A stretch of 62,681 nucleotides of DNA, filler included, from Reclinomonas americana ATCC 50394 (GCA_048213135.1; 5 parts of 4 records of this genome joined end to end with filler, not necessarily neighbours in it); one strand, 5' to 3'. Counted from the first letter of the whole stretch, positions 1-17,707 are shown. Made by a program: numbers and translations. The notes: generated from the sequence alone by a model not told the origin.

Positions 1-2290
1 TGATGATGATGATGATGGCGACAAAGAAGACGATGACTACCGTCCACGCCGGAAGCGGCCTCGACGCGTCGAGGCTGCAAAGAAGGCGGCTGATGTGCAG
101 CTGATGCCACCTCCCAGGCCGCGTGCGGCCAAGCGAGCGCGAGGTGCGGCTGCTGTGGCGGCGGCGGCGGCGGCGGGAGGCACTGTGCGGCGATCTCCGA
201 AGACGGGCTTGCCGATTGGTGAGTCGGAGGTGCTGCGAGGCATGCATCGTCTGCCGCGGGAGTCGACGGGTATCCTGTACGCGTTTGTGCGCAAGCTGCG
301 TGCGGAGCAGCTGGAGAAGCAGCAGTGGGCCGAGGACGTGCCGGTGCCGTCTACGGAGGACAAGCGGAAGCTGGCCACCGATGTGGGAATGACTCTGGCG
401 CAAGTGTCGAACTGGTATGCGCCAGGATTTGCAGTGATATGCGCGCGCGTGTGTGTTTGAGGCACAGGACTGACTGACTGGCGCGAGCGCAGGTTTATCA
501 ATCTTCGCTACCGCGTGCGTCGCAATCGAAACGTGCTGGTGAAACTGATTTATGACGGGAGCAAGCCGCCGGATGCCAAGGAGGGCGAGATGTTGCCGCC
601 GCCACCGCCAGTGGACACATTTCCGGTGAGTGGACCGGGCGCGGCGGTGCCGGTGCGCCCCGAGCACGCGGTGCGAGAGTTCGATCCGGCCATTCTGGGC
701 TCGGTGGAGAACGGCGACAACCCGAAGACGGTGCTGGACCGGTGGTTCGACTGGCACTTTGACCACCCGTACGCCAGTGCCGACGAGAAGGCGGATTTGG
801 TGCGGCGCACAGGTTGGCCGCTCTACCGTGTCAGCGACTACCTCAATCGCAAGCGCAAGCGGCACTGGCGACGCGAGTTCAAGTTTATCGAAGGCGGCGG
901 CGTGCCGGACGACGTCATGTCACCGAGCATGCAACTGCGGCTCCGTCGCGTGCAACCGTCGCCCGCCGACGGCGGCTGGGACTCTGACGAAGAAGACGAC
1001 GACGGCGACTTTGACGACACCAACTCCATGTTCTCGAACCCAGACGACGCTCTGTATTTGCCGCCCGAGGCGATCGCTCGAGTGGAAGCAGTGGCAGCCG
1101 CTGCGGCTGTTGCCGCCGCCGCGGCCATCGGTGGGTCGCTGGCAAGGGAGCCTGGTAACGTTGGCGTGAGGGCGCATAACGGTGGTGGTGGTGGTGCGAA
1201 CGACGACGAAGAAGACGATGACGCCATGCTGCTACCCCCGCCCGTGCCATCTCCAGCACCCCCACGACCGCAAGTACAGGCCGCTCGTGCACCAGTACGT
1301 GCGCCAGCGCCAGCGCCAGCACCGCCGAGAGCAGCAGCTCCAGCTCCGGCACCTGCTCCGGCACGACCAAGAGCGCCTGCACCTGCACCCGCCCCTGTGC
1401 CACCGCCTGTGGTGACACACCAGCCCTTGCCAGCTCCGCGCCAGCCCGTGTCGGCTCAATTGCTTCCGCCTCCGCCAATGCTTCCACCCGCAGCGCCCGT
1501 GTCACAGGGCTTGCCAGTGGCTGTTGCGGCAGCAGCGTCGGGCGATCCCCAAGGTGCAGCAGTTCGTGCGCCCCTGATGCCGCCGAGGCCGTCGCCAGCA
1601 CCGCCGCCGCCGCCACCACCACCGCAACCTCGTCCGCCGATGCTAGGCGCGCCAGTACCACCACCAAGGCCAGCAGTTGCCATGGCCCCGCTTCCGGAGC
1701 ACTTGCGCGGTCGACCACTGGCTCCCGATCTCGCCACTCAAATGTACGGCAACTCGTCGCCAGCCGATGAGTACAGCTTCCTGCCGCCTCGCCCCTCCCA
1801 GCCGCAGCCTCCGCCGCCACCACCACCACCGCCTGCACCTGCTCTCTTCTCAGCCGGCTTGCAGCCGTCAGCTCAGGTTCTGGCGTTCCAACGCGATCGC
1901 TATGCACCTCCGTCGTTCGCTCCGCAGCATGCTGTCAATAACTCGTTGGGAGCGACGATGATGTTGTCCTCGGCGCATCAGCAGACGCGCCTGCTGCCGA
2001 TGGATCCCAACACCATGGCACGTTTTCCGGGCTCGATGTCGCAATTTGGACTGCTGCAGCAGGCACCACCCGCGCGTTTGCAGCAAGCACCGCCACCACC
2101 GCACTTGCAGCACATGGTGACGAACGCACACAACGAGGCGCAGTTCCTGCCGTCCCCCGCGGCTCCGACGCCACCAGAACATCTGCACAGATTCCTGCCT
2201 CCACCGGCACGAACCCCGGGCACACCGGCCACTCCAGGCGGCGACGACGCGCGGTTCTTGCCACCAGCGTACACGCCAACTGGGCAATGA
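1..2290 (+). CDS. TALE-class homeobox transcription factor with two homeodomains and a long Pro-rich C-terminus (5' end outside window; exons <1-414, 493-2290)
   Basis: Splicing GTATGC(415)..CAG(492) gives ...PSTEDKRKLATDVGMTLAQVSNWFINLRYRVRR, a TALE helix 3 (WFIN). Second homeodomain: VLDRWFDWHFDHPYASADEKADLVRRTGWPLYRVSDYLNRKRKR. Branch-like CTGAC lies near 471-480. Confidence 0.88.
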
Positions 2291-2405
2291 AAAAAATATC
2301 TGTAGACCGCATTTCACAGAAAACGCATCTGGCGTTTGTTTTCTACACTGACGAGTCACTATCTCTCTCTCTCTCTCTCTCATACACACACACACACACA
2401 GAGGT

Positions 2406-6548
<4,143 letters not shown>

Positions 6549-6836
6549 TGACGTAGACAGGAGAGCAAACACAACAAGGACACACAGCGGCCGGGGGGGA
6601 GGCAGTGTGCGCGTTCTGTGACACAAAAAAGACAGACGTCGACAGTTTCCTTACGGTCGCGACGTTCGTTGTGCGCTGTTTTCGTTTGTTGCAGACGCAG
6701 CACAACAGCAACTGGTGTACGGCCATTTGTGTTGGGAAGCCAGCGGATGCAACTGGAGAAGTCTTGCACCAGAGAACGTAGTTAAGGGTGCAGGACTTTG
6801 TGATTGGCATCATCGATATCGCGATCGTGTTGTGCG

Positions 6837-8224
6837 ATGGTTCTCTCTGTTTCCACGCTCTTCCCTCGCCACACACAGTCTCCACTCACGTGCTTCTCTC
6901 TCTCCTGCTCTCTTTCATTGCATCACAGGCCTCCTTCCTGGCGCTTCTTCCAGTGACGTTTGTCGCCGTTCTGCTGCTGACAGCGGTGCTGACCGTCGCG
7001 TTGCACGTGTCATCGCAACCGGCGCTGCTCGACGACGCCCACGACCCGTTCAGTCGGCGCAAGAAGCGACGGAATAACACACCTCTCTTTTGCAACGCTG
7101 GATCGTTGCGTCTTCTCTCTGGCACTCCTCTGCATATCACATGCTCATTGCGCTCATAGATCCGGCCCGGCCTACAACGTCTTCTCGTTGCGTACACTCA
7201 CCGATTCGTCGTCATCGCCACCATCATCATCATCTCATGTCATGTGTCGACTCGAGCAGGTATGGATTGGTGACGTCGGGATGTCTTCTCGCGCTGCTGG
7301 TTGTGTTTCAGCGACAGCGCACCGGCTCGCTTATCTTTGATCATCCACTGGCAGTGCACGTGCTCAATGAGGTGGCGTCTCTGTCGATCGCTGCTGCTGC
7401 TGCTGCTCCTGCTCCTTTGTTGACATCTCCGCTCCCTGTCAGTTCTGTTTGGTGTTCGGCTTGGTGGCGGCCTTTGGTGCGTCGCGCAGCATGGCATCGC
7501 TGTGCAGAGGCTCTCTCACACCCGGTGCTTCGCAGGCCTCGCTGCCATGGGCAACATTTCGTTTGTGGCACTCGAGGGACTGCACAACCTGTCGGCGGCG
7601 GTGTTTCTGATCTCGCTCTGCGGCTACGAGCTCTTCTTCTCGGTGCTCACCAGCATTGTGGGACACTCGACGGCGGGTGTCATGGGCCTGCGTTTCGCGT
7701 CCATGGGAGTGCTCCTGGTGCTGGCGCTCGTAATGATCATTCTCGGTATTGTCGACGCCAAGTACCACGCGCAGCGACGACAGGAGGCCGCCGATGTGCG
7801 TCGCCTGATGTCTTGTTGTAGGGCACCATAGTCTCGTCGTCGCTCACATGCGTGTGTGTCGCAGGGGGAGGCGGGCAGCAGAAAGCGACGACCGCAAAAG
7901 TTCTCTCGTTTTCCATTCGCAAAGTGCTTCGCGCACTCACTCACTCATTCCCTCCCTCGCAGCGCACCCGACGCGTCGGTTACCGGTGGCGCCACCGGGT
8001 CCGCCAGCACCGAGCAGATCAGCGTGTCGGTCGGTGGTACGACCGCGCCAGGGCCACTGAGGTTAGACACGAAGCCGTCGACGACCGAAATCATTCCCGT
8101 GCGACCGCTCCTCCGAGTCTGGGCCCTGGTGCAGTACTTTGGCTTTGCCATGGTGGCCGTCTTCTTCGGCTCCTTCTGGGACGACTTTGCCTCGGCCAAC
8201 GTGGTGTGGGGCACGGTGGAGTGA
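6837..8224 (+). CDS. Frag1/DRAM/Sfk1 (TMEM150-like) multi-pass membrane protein
   Basis: Spliced M|ASFLALLPVTFVAVLLL...TPLFCNAG...GPAYNVFSYGLVTSGCLLALL...LHNLSAAVFLISL...WALVQYFGFAMVAVFFGSFWDDF gives about six hydrophobic segments with the family's His-helix and C-terminal F..DF pattern. Confidence 0.65.
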
Positions 8225-8288
8225 AAAACACATACGTCGCTAGCGATGTCCCGCGTCGGATCCCTCACACACGATACGACACACACAC

Positions 8289-9733
8289 ATGTCGACGAGC
8301 AGCTCCTCCTCCTCATCCCCATCACAGTCGCCGCCTCGTGCCGTCAGTGTCGCACACAGTGGCATTCCTCCACAGCCACCACGTCGCACGCGTGGCAACA
8401 GCGGTCAAGGCCCACTCCTCACACTCTCCCTCGCCAATGCAGCCGCCGCCACCACCACCACAACCACCACCACCACCACCGCATCTAACAGCATCGCAGT
8501 GCCACTAGGTGCGGCGAGCAGTGGAGGCGGCAGTGCCAATGCCTCTCCACAGCGCACCTTTGACAGTGCAGTCGGCCATCCGCATCAGTCGCAGCTCTCG
8601 GCGGGCAGTGGCGAGTGGGGTGGGAGCAGTGGGTCAGCGGCGGTGTCTGCAGCGGCCGCGGTGGCGACTGCTGCAGCCACTGGAGGCTCTCCGTCGGGAC
8701 AGTCGTTGTCACCGCTCGCGGCGGCGGCGGTGGCCGCGGGTGCGCTGGGCCCGGTGCCGGTGCGACGGTTTACGGTGGTGCCAGGGTGAGTGAGTGGGCA
8801 CGAATGGACTTCCAAAGTCGATGAGTGAGTGAGTGTGATTGAGCAAGAGTGTGTCACTTGGCAGGGGTGATCGTGAGGCGCGCAAGTACCGGAGTCCACG
8901 CAAGTTGACGTGTCGTCTGAGCGAGTTTACGGCGTTGCGCGAGTTTCACGTGTCGAGTCGGTGCTTGGCGGTCACATTGAGCATGAAGGTTGGCATCTCC
9001 CCTTCTTCGCTCTCAATCTTTTACCATCCTGTTTGCCCATTGTGCGGTGCAGGGTCCTCGCAAGACGCGGTGTAGCATCCGTGCGAATGTGGTTCTGGTG
9101 CCCGATCGCGTCAAGCCCTCTATGCAAGGTCTCCCTCTCTCGTCTCGGTTCCTTTGCCGCTGCCGCCGCGTCTGACTTGGTGCGATCGTAGTTCCCCTGG
9201 ACATGGTGTTTGTGATGCAGTACATGCACAGATTCAAGCGCTCGGACGACTCCCTCCACATCAGCATCGAGAAGCGACGATCCAAGACGCGCACGTGGAA
9301 GACCATTGCGCATGCGAGTTTGTCGCTGAACCAGCTGGTGCAACGCGGCCTGAACGACTCTCGCATTTTTCTCGACTCGCCCAAGAAGGGGCAGCCGCCG
9401 GTCGGCAAGCTGTCGATCAGCGTATCGTCAATGCCCACCGACTTTGTCATGCCTGCCAGCGACGGAACCGCGGCCGCCACCTCGTCGCTATTCACGGGCA
9501 CCAGTCTGCAGGGCATAGCGGGGGTCGATGGCGGGGCCGGCAGCGGTGCTGTGGCCGCACAGGCTGTGGAGGAGACGCATCCGGAAGAGGGCGGCGGCGG
9601 CGAGTCGACGTCGGATGAGTTGCGCAGCGCGACATGTTTTTCCACATCTGCCCACATGAGATAACAGTGTTTGTGTTGTGCGCACAGGTCGTTGTTCAGT
9701 GGCGAGGAGTCGAGTGACGAGGGACCGTGGTGA
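8289..9733 (+). CDS. PACS-like (phosphofurin acidic cluster sorting) furin-binding-domain protein, short form (exons ~8289-8785, 8865-8988, 9053-9128, 9192-9618, 9688-9733)
   Basis: PRKLTCRLSEFTALREF..CLAVTLSMKGPRKTRCSIRANVVL..PLDMVFVMQYMHRFKRSDDSLHISIEKRR..WKTIAHASLSLNQLVQR..VGKLSISVSSMPTD parallels the PACS1/2 N-terminal domain (PRL..L.L..L..L.E; AVK.QG.KR.LRSN; L.F.LQYPHFLKR..N.LQI.LQRR; KTLA.G.IN.A.V.Q; I.SLSSQPID). Confidence 0.7.
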
Positions 9734-9955
9734 CAGCGGGGAAAGAAAGAAGAACAATTCTGTCGAGCGATAAAAGAAAAGACTTGTACCTTTACGAGAA
9801 CGGGCTCTGCTTGGTCGGTTGTTGTTGTTGATTGCCAAGATCAACCTCTATAAGTGGCAGGCCAGGCGAGAAGCTTGAAAGAGTTTCTCCGCCTCGTGTC
9901 CTCTTGTCCGCAAGCTCAATTCAAACCAACAACGAAGGGCCTTCATCGGAGCAGC

Positions 9956-12900
9956 ATGTCGTCGCTCGACAGCAAGCGGCAGGTAACTCACTCACACACT
10001 CTCACATTCGTCTCCGAGTATGTGTTCAGTTTGCCATCCATTTTCATCCTCTTATCATCATCTCACGTTGTTTGTTTGCTTGCTCGTGTGTGCTGTTTTC
10101 TTTGTGTAGGCTTATGAGAGCCTTGTGACGGAGAAAGGCGAGTCTCATCCGACCACGCTCAAGGCCATGCATGACTATGCCATGGCGCTGCTGGACACTG
10201 GTAAGTGTCAGTTGCGAGAGGATATGTGTGCGTGTGTGTGTCTCTCTCTCTTCTCTGTGTGTCTCTTTCCCCTACGCACACGCGCACTTGAAAGAGTCTA
10301 TGTGTGGGTGTGTATGTGTGTACACGCGCGTCTTGCACTCTTTCGCATGTGTGTCAGTTGGCCTCCTGACTCGGCAACTGGCAGCGTCGTCGTCGGCCTC
10401 GCGGCAAGGCATCACCTTGTTGACACAATGCGCGGATCTGNNNNNNNNNNNNNNNNNNNNCTGCTCTTTTGACATGCACATGCGCGGCAGGCGAGCATCT
10501 GGAAGGTGTTCCGCTTCTGCAGGAGGTCATTGAGTTGGAGAGGGAACGTATCGGACCGACACACATTGGTGCGCGCGCGCGCGTTTTTAGTCAACCCCAT
10601 TTCCGTTCCATGCACCTGACCGTCATCCTCAGATACGCTGATTTCGGAAAATGTGCTCGGGCGTGCGTACATTGCGTATGATCCGCGACACGCAGTTGAA
10701 ATACTGCGCTCGTGTTTCTCGTCGATTTCGGCACTGGGCAACAACAAGTCGTCGGCACTGGTGGTCATGGGCGACCTCGGATGGGCGCTCTACCGGTCGG
10801 GCGACGCCATCGAAGCGGTGGAGCTGCTGCAGTCGTGAGTCCACGCCGCCGCCGCCACCACCGCCACCGTCGTGTTCATTGCGTTGCATTGCAGGTGCCT
10901 GGAACAGGCCACTGCCTTGCTCGGGGCACGTAACTGGAGAAAGGTAATCGTGCAACACCACTACGGCGTCGCGTTGCTGGAGGCCGGTCGCCCGACAGAG
11001 GCTGTTAGCGTGTTGGAGTCTGTGGTGGCACTGCGCAAGGAGATTCGTCTGCGACCAGATTTTGAGCGAAAGCTAAACTCGGTGGCCGAACTCAAGCGCG
11101 CTCAACGAGCTTTGCTTGTGAACGCGCCGTCTTGTTGCGTTTCGGCCACACACTTGTCAGTGTGTAAACGACCTCCCGTGCCTCACTCGCCTTTGTTCGC
11201 GACATGCAGTGTCCGAAATCCTCACCAAACTGCACGCTGCGGAGTTGGCGCCTCCCGAAGCCGTCTTCTGGCTGCTTACCCTCAGCAACGTGTTCCACGG
11301 TACATTTGCCCCCCTTCATCTTTGCATAATCGTCTGCGTGCTCACGTGCCGCCTCTGTAGATGTGCCAACCGCTCGGCAAGAGTTTGACAACGAGGCGAG
11401 TCTGTCGCTTCTCGTTCGTTTCCTGGCTCCATCGTCGCCATTTGGAGCCGATGTGGCGGTCAAGTCGGCCGCTGCTGCTGTGGTGTGGACTTTTGTGCAT
11501 AGCGGTAAGCCGTCGTCGTTGTCGTCATCGCGCTGCGCATGTCACGAAACCTCATTGTTTGATGTTCAGTGAGTCCAGAGTCCTTTGATCGGAAGCACCG
11601 ACTGGCGGCGCAAGGTGCTCTCAAGCGTCTTCGACCTCTGTTGCGCATTCCAGAGGCGCAAGCACACGCCGCCTCTGCACTCGCCTCTCTGTGCGACAGT
11701 TGCGCAGTTTGTACGGGTGCCCACAGCCTGTGTGCGGGCCTTGCTGATCCATTCTCCACAGGAATGCTCATGAACACCCAAATTTTCTGCGAGATGGGTG
11801 GTGTTTTCGATCTGATTGACGCACTGTCAGATCGGGCAACCAATGACATTCGTGAGTGCCTCCCGAGGCTTTCCTTCCACTCTCTCTCTCTCTCTCTATT
11901 TCGCTGATTCATGTGCGGCAGCAGCAGCGGTGGTGGATGACGAAAGTGTGGATCCGATCGAGGCGCTCTTCCGGCTGGCGTTCACCGTTCTGACGGGCTC
12001 CTTGAGCAGCCGGTTGGCGGTGTGCGATTTTGTGGAGCACGAGCGCATGATGGAAACGATGAATGTGCTACTGTGCACCCGGGCACTGAGCAGTGGCGCC
12101 TACGCGCATGGCATCTCCGTGCTCAATGTGCTACAGACCTACGGTCCACTGCACGTGAACAAGTGGTCCGCGCAAGTGGGAGCAACTCTGAAGGCTCTTT
12201 TGGTGGCGTCGCCATTACCGGAGGTGCAAAAGCTGGCGACAGCGATCCGCGACGTTGAACTCAGTTGCGCTTGTGCATGCATACGGGAATGGAGCCTGTT
12301 GAGTCCATTCTCCTTGCTCACGTCTGGTTGCACACGTTGCAGATCGTCGCGCCACATTCTGGCGCGAGCATGCTTCACGGCATGGCGTGACATTTGATAG
12401 CCCCGAAGGGTTGGTCGCCACGCTGCCGGTGAACGGACCGCGGTTGCTGGTCAGCGAGCAAGTGCTGGAGCTGGGCAGGTAAATTGCAAATTGCGCGCGT
12501 GCTGTGCATGACGCATGGTCTGACACGCGTGTCGCAGTGGCCAAGTGCTTCAGTGGACACTTCGTATCGGTCGCGGCAGCAATACAGCGCTCCTCTTTGG
12601 CATCCTGCCGGTGGAGCGATGTGAGGACGACAAGTTTCGTCATGCCACCCGCGGTGTTTCCCTTATGTGTTCCTCACGGACTCGTGCGCATTCACAACAC
12701 AGTTCGATGGATTCACGCGAGGCCATTGCATGCTACAACCAGGGCACTGGCACCAAGTAAGTCGCACGCCGTTCGTTTATTCTGCCCCTTTGATGCAACC
12801 TCCTGAGAAACTGTCTTGTCGCACAGTGTGCAACACTCTGTGCAAGTGCGTGAGAACGACACACTGAATGTGTGTGCCGACACCTCGCAAAGCGCAGTCA

Positions 12901-13025
12901 CCTTCACCGTCAACGGAAGCGTTGCGCGCACCGTACCCATTCCCATTGCGTCGGGCGACTTTAGGCTGGCGGTCACGCTCTGGCGCACGTCCCAGGTTAT
13001 TCTTGTGAATCCAGGCAGTGAGTAA
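9956..13025 (+). CDS. Multi-exon protein with N-terminal TPR repeats, central ARM-like repeats and a C-terminal SPRY/B30.2-like domain
   Basis: TPR: GESHPTTLKAMHDYAMALLDTG, VMGDLGWALYRSGDAIEAVELLQ, HHYGVALLEAGRPTEAVSVLE. ARM-like: GALKRLRPLL, GGVFDLIDAL. SPRY-like: WTLRI..LLFGI..DTLNVCADTSQSAVTFTVNG..FRLAVTL. In-frame join through an intron from 11134 to ~11209. Confidence 0.65.
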
Positions 13026-13457
13026 AGCAAATGCTACGGACGATGTGCAGCACGATTGTCGTTCTACATTTCTTGGGGGGCAGCCGGTGCACGAACGGCC
13101 CGGCAGTAAACAGCGCACATGGACTCAACAACGGCGGGGGCGACGACGGGGCAAGCGTGGCATCGGGGGAGGGGCGCGGGAGGTGGAGCTTGAAGGAGGA
13201 GTGGAGAGTAGACAGGAGGGTGGAGGTGGGGGCAAGGAGGAGGAACAGGGTGGAGGGAAAGAACGGGGCGTTACAGGAATGAGTGGACAGGGTCGAGGGG
13301 GGTGAGCGGGATGAAAGAATGAGGGGCATAGGAGGAGTGGACAGCAAAGGACGGGAAAGAGGGAGGGAGGGAGGGAGGATTGAAAGAAGGGGGGGAGGGG
13401 GGGGGGGGGAGGGAGAGAAGAACCGATACACAGGCAGGCGACGCGAGATGACACTCG

Positions 13458-16400
13458 TCAGTTGCCTTCGTCCTCGCGAGCATCGTCGTCACGCGACTGC
13501 TCACGCTTGCGCCTGAGCGCTTCCCACTTGTCGCGCATGGCGTTGATCATGCTGCGGAGCGTGTAGTTCGGGATCAACAGTTGATGCTCCAACTGCACTC
13601 GCAGAAGAGACGTGAGTTTCACACAGACACGCACCGACGGAGAGAGGTGCACACACCTTGGCATTGGTGATGGGCGATGTATCGTGCTCCTTCAGCCACA
13701 GCTCAATGGACACGCGCTCGTACGTTCTGATTGATGCACACCACCACCATTGTAAGCGTTCCATACACCAACACGCTCAAAGAAGGGAGAGCGCTCACCG
13801 CCCGTCGGCCGCCACCACGGGGTCATGCATGAGCTCGAAGGACACCGGATCCAGATAATCTTCCATGATGTTGAAGTCTACGGCGCTCATAAGTAAACAG
13901 TAGGAGGCATCACAAACAGCGACGACGTTACCGGGATCGTTCGAAATCTCGTCGTTTTCGCGCTGAATGCGGTTCATCTCGTCGCGCAACTCGTCCATGT
14001 TGAGGAAACGGTGACCGCTGTTGTCGACCTCGGGAACGGCTGATGCGACGAAAGCAGCGTAAGAACACCAGCACGGTATCAAATGAAGCGAGTAGGCGAG
14101 CGAACCGAGGCGCGACGGGTTCGGCACAACCTCGTACACGATGGAGAGCAGCAGCTCCCACAGCGTGTCCGGCAAGTTCATGTACGAGTGTGCCTTGTGC
14201 ACGAATCGCGAGAGCGCACGGATGTTGGTGACGAAGCGATCCTTGAGCGCCTTTTCTACCACAGTAATGGAGGGAAACGCGGACGAAAGTGAACAACAGG
14301 CAGGAAAAGGAATAGCAGGTGGCGCGTACGACAGGCCACATATCTGCGAATCTCGGTGGACCAGCCAAACTCGGAGGCCGCATACCGCACCAGATCCTTG
14401 ATGCTTGAATCCGCATTCAGGCCACTCGGGTGCGTCGAGACTGGCGCCGCACTGGAGCTTCCGTTTCCTTCGCGACCATTCTTGGACGACGATCCCGGAG
14501 CCGCAGCCGACGACGACGACGACGACTTGCCCCTGCAGCCCAACCACGAACATGAGTGCGCACAATGTAGCTGGCGACCAAGGGAAATAGACTCACCGAC
14601 GCGCAGCATTGGCAGCGGCGGCAGCGGCTGCAGCTGCAGGATCTTCGCCAGCGCCGGCGGCCGCAGGTCCACTGCCATACGGTGCGACACCCGGCGGCGC
14701 GACAACTTGCGGGAACGCCAAGTGTGCTGCATATCACTGACCGTGTGAGGGGGCCGCAGCACAGCCTCGAACACGCAGAGCGAGCAAAAAAACAAACCCA
14801 CAGCTCCCGGCGAGTATGCGCTCTCCGGGAACACGTAGCGCATCTCGTTCTCCGGCTGCGCGTATGCAATTCATAATGGTAAGAACCATGCCGCAACAGC
14901 ATGAAACGTCACACCAACATCACAGTACCGGTGCCTTGGTGAAGCCACGTCGCTCAAAGTCCGAACGCGACCGAAGTGACGACCAGTACGAGGCGCCCGC
15001 GTCTCCATCGACAAGCAGCCACAGATTGTCCTGCGATGCGCGCACCAGTGAACACATGCAGCATGAAATGGCAGCGCGTGTGGCAGACAGAGCGACGCAC
15101 CTGGCTGACACCAACAACCAGTGCTGTGTGGTTACACATGGGCGGTGTGAGGGAGTGGAACAGAGAGGAGAACAAGCGAAACCTCGATTGGTTTGTTACC
15201 TCGCTTGCCACGGTCCGTCTGCTGCAGCGTTTCGCCATGCAAGTAGCCGAACCGCTGGCACGTCTCTCGGCTGATATCTGCGGCAAGACACAGGTTGGGA
15301 ACCGCTCATGCGTGGACGACTCTCGAGATAGGCAGCATGCGAACCGAATTCGATCTCATTGCCACTCCTCGTGTGGAACCGCAGCGTCATTTCGGCCTCC
15401 GCCACGGCCCTAAAGCCGCGCGCACGGAATTCGCCCGCATTGCGACACGAGCCGAAATACGAGGCACCCGCATCGCCGTCAATGTGAAGCCACAGGTGCG
15501 ACGAGTGGACGCCAATGACAGTGGCCTGCGGTTGGTGCACAGATTGTAAGAGGTGATAAGCGAGCGCAATTACCATCCGAACGCAAGTGGACAGACCTCA
15601 CGGCCGTCAGGTGTGCGAATTCGCTGGCCATGCGTGAATCCGTAGGGGCGGCACGAATCGTCACTCTTGTCAAAAAGGTGCGTGTTCCCACTGATGGTAC
15701 GGTACTCAATCATGTTCGGATTGGCTCTGGCCACTGCAGCCTGAGCGGCGGCCACCGAGGGCGACGGCGGCGGTGCAAGACTACCGGCCACGGCTGCGTT
15801 GCTGCCCGAGCCACTTGCCGCGCCGCCCTTGTTGACGCCGGGCTGATTGCGGTCGGCTGGCGACGGCGCCGGTGCCACACCAGCTCCCTCCTGAAAACAC
15901 ACGCAGACAAGTCAGTCAGTCAGTCAGACTGGTGATGCACCGCACATTGTGAGAGGTAGTGTGCAGACGAAACGTTCAAAATCGTGAACCCTCGTCGCTC
16001 CAGATCCGCCTTGGTCTTGATGGTGCTCCAGTACGACGCGCCACAATCACCGTCGACGTGGAACCACAGATTGCCGTCGTGGACACTACACGGTATCCGC
16101 GACAAAAGTTAGACGCCGTGGTGCAAGTGAGCAGAGGGGAGGGAGTACGCACCCAATGGTGGTGGCACGTTTGCCGTCGGCAGTCATCACACGCTGTCCG
16201 TGCGACAAACCCCACGGACGGATAATGTCGGGTGTGATGTCAAACTCGTACGTCTTGCCACTCTTTGTGCTGTACGGCACTCTGGTGCTCTCACCGTCCT
16301 GGCACACACACACACACATCAGCGAGACAACACCGGTGGAGAAGCAGAGAGAAAGATTGCAGCGCGCACCACGACTTTGACAAAGCCCTTGCGGTCAAAG

Positions 16401-17655
16401 TCCTCCTTCGTTTTGCATGAGCTCCAGAACGATGCACCGCTGTCACCTACAATTCACGCACACCACCGCTGGTTGAGAACTGGTCGTCTTCCCCCTTCGC
16501 GCGCGCGCAACAAACAAAGTGTACCTTCGACGTGGAACCACAAGTTGCCCTGCGAAGCGAAAACCAACAACTGAGTGCGCGAAGCTGCTGAGGAAAACAG
16601 GTCGAGTATAACGCACCTCGTACACGCCCACTACAGTGGCAATCTTACCGTCACTCGTTTGCTGCAATGAATCGGTGAGATCATCGCGGCGGGAGCACGC
16701 AGACAGGGGGAGAAGAGCAGCAGCACACCCGGATCTTTTCGCCGTACAGGTAGCCAAACGGACGGCACTCCTCGGGGCTAATGTTGAACGTGTACTGCTT
16801 GCCGCTCTTGGTCACGTAGATCAGATTCTCCTCGTGGCCTTGTTGCTGTGTGCGTATGAACGCGCGATGGAGAGGGGAGGAAGAAGAGAATGTGGATTGA
16901 TGCTGTTAGAAAAATACAAAACAAACCAGACAACTCCTTTCTGACGAGAGAGGCACCTGGCACAAGTACGGACACACACGCATACACACGAGTATGCGCA
17001 CATAAAGAAGGGCGAGGGTGCGCGTGCACGTGCAGGCATGGCCACAATCACGCACGCTTCTCGCAGACACTCAGGGGTGATTGACACCGCACACACAGCA
17101 TGGTGTGCCTACTCACACACGTGCGACACACACACACACACACTCACTCACCGCCAGTCGGAAACCCTTCTTCGCAAAGTCGTCAGCACTCTGACATGAG
17201 CCCCAGAAGCTGGCACCAAAGTCGCCCTCCACGTGCAGCCACAGGTTGCCCGAGGACACACCGACTACACCACACACACACACGCGCGCGTGCGCGCATT
17301 CGAGGAGTCAGTGAGAAGGCACACAAACGAGAAAGAGATAGAGAGAGCGTGCGGTCTCTTCTTCTTATTTTAGTATCCTTCTCTCTTCCGTTGTCTCACC
17401 GACAGTCGCGCGACGGTTATCGCACGTCAACACAGTCTGCCCGTGTCGAAAGCCAAACGGCGAACACGCAGCATCTGGTGACAAGCACAATTGTCAGGCA
17501 CATACACACACAACGACTGGACCTGCAAATGAGCTCTCGCACTCACGTACGCACCTGAGGTGTCGAACTCGTAGGTTTTGCCTGCGTGTGTGTGGACAGG
17601 TGGAGGCGGGTGAGAAAAGGAGAGCGGAGGAATGGGGTCTTTGAGGAGTGCACAT

Positions 17656-17707
<52 letters not shown>

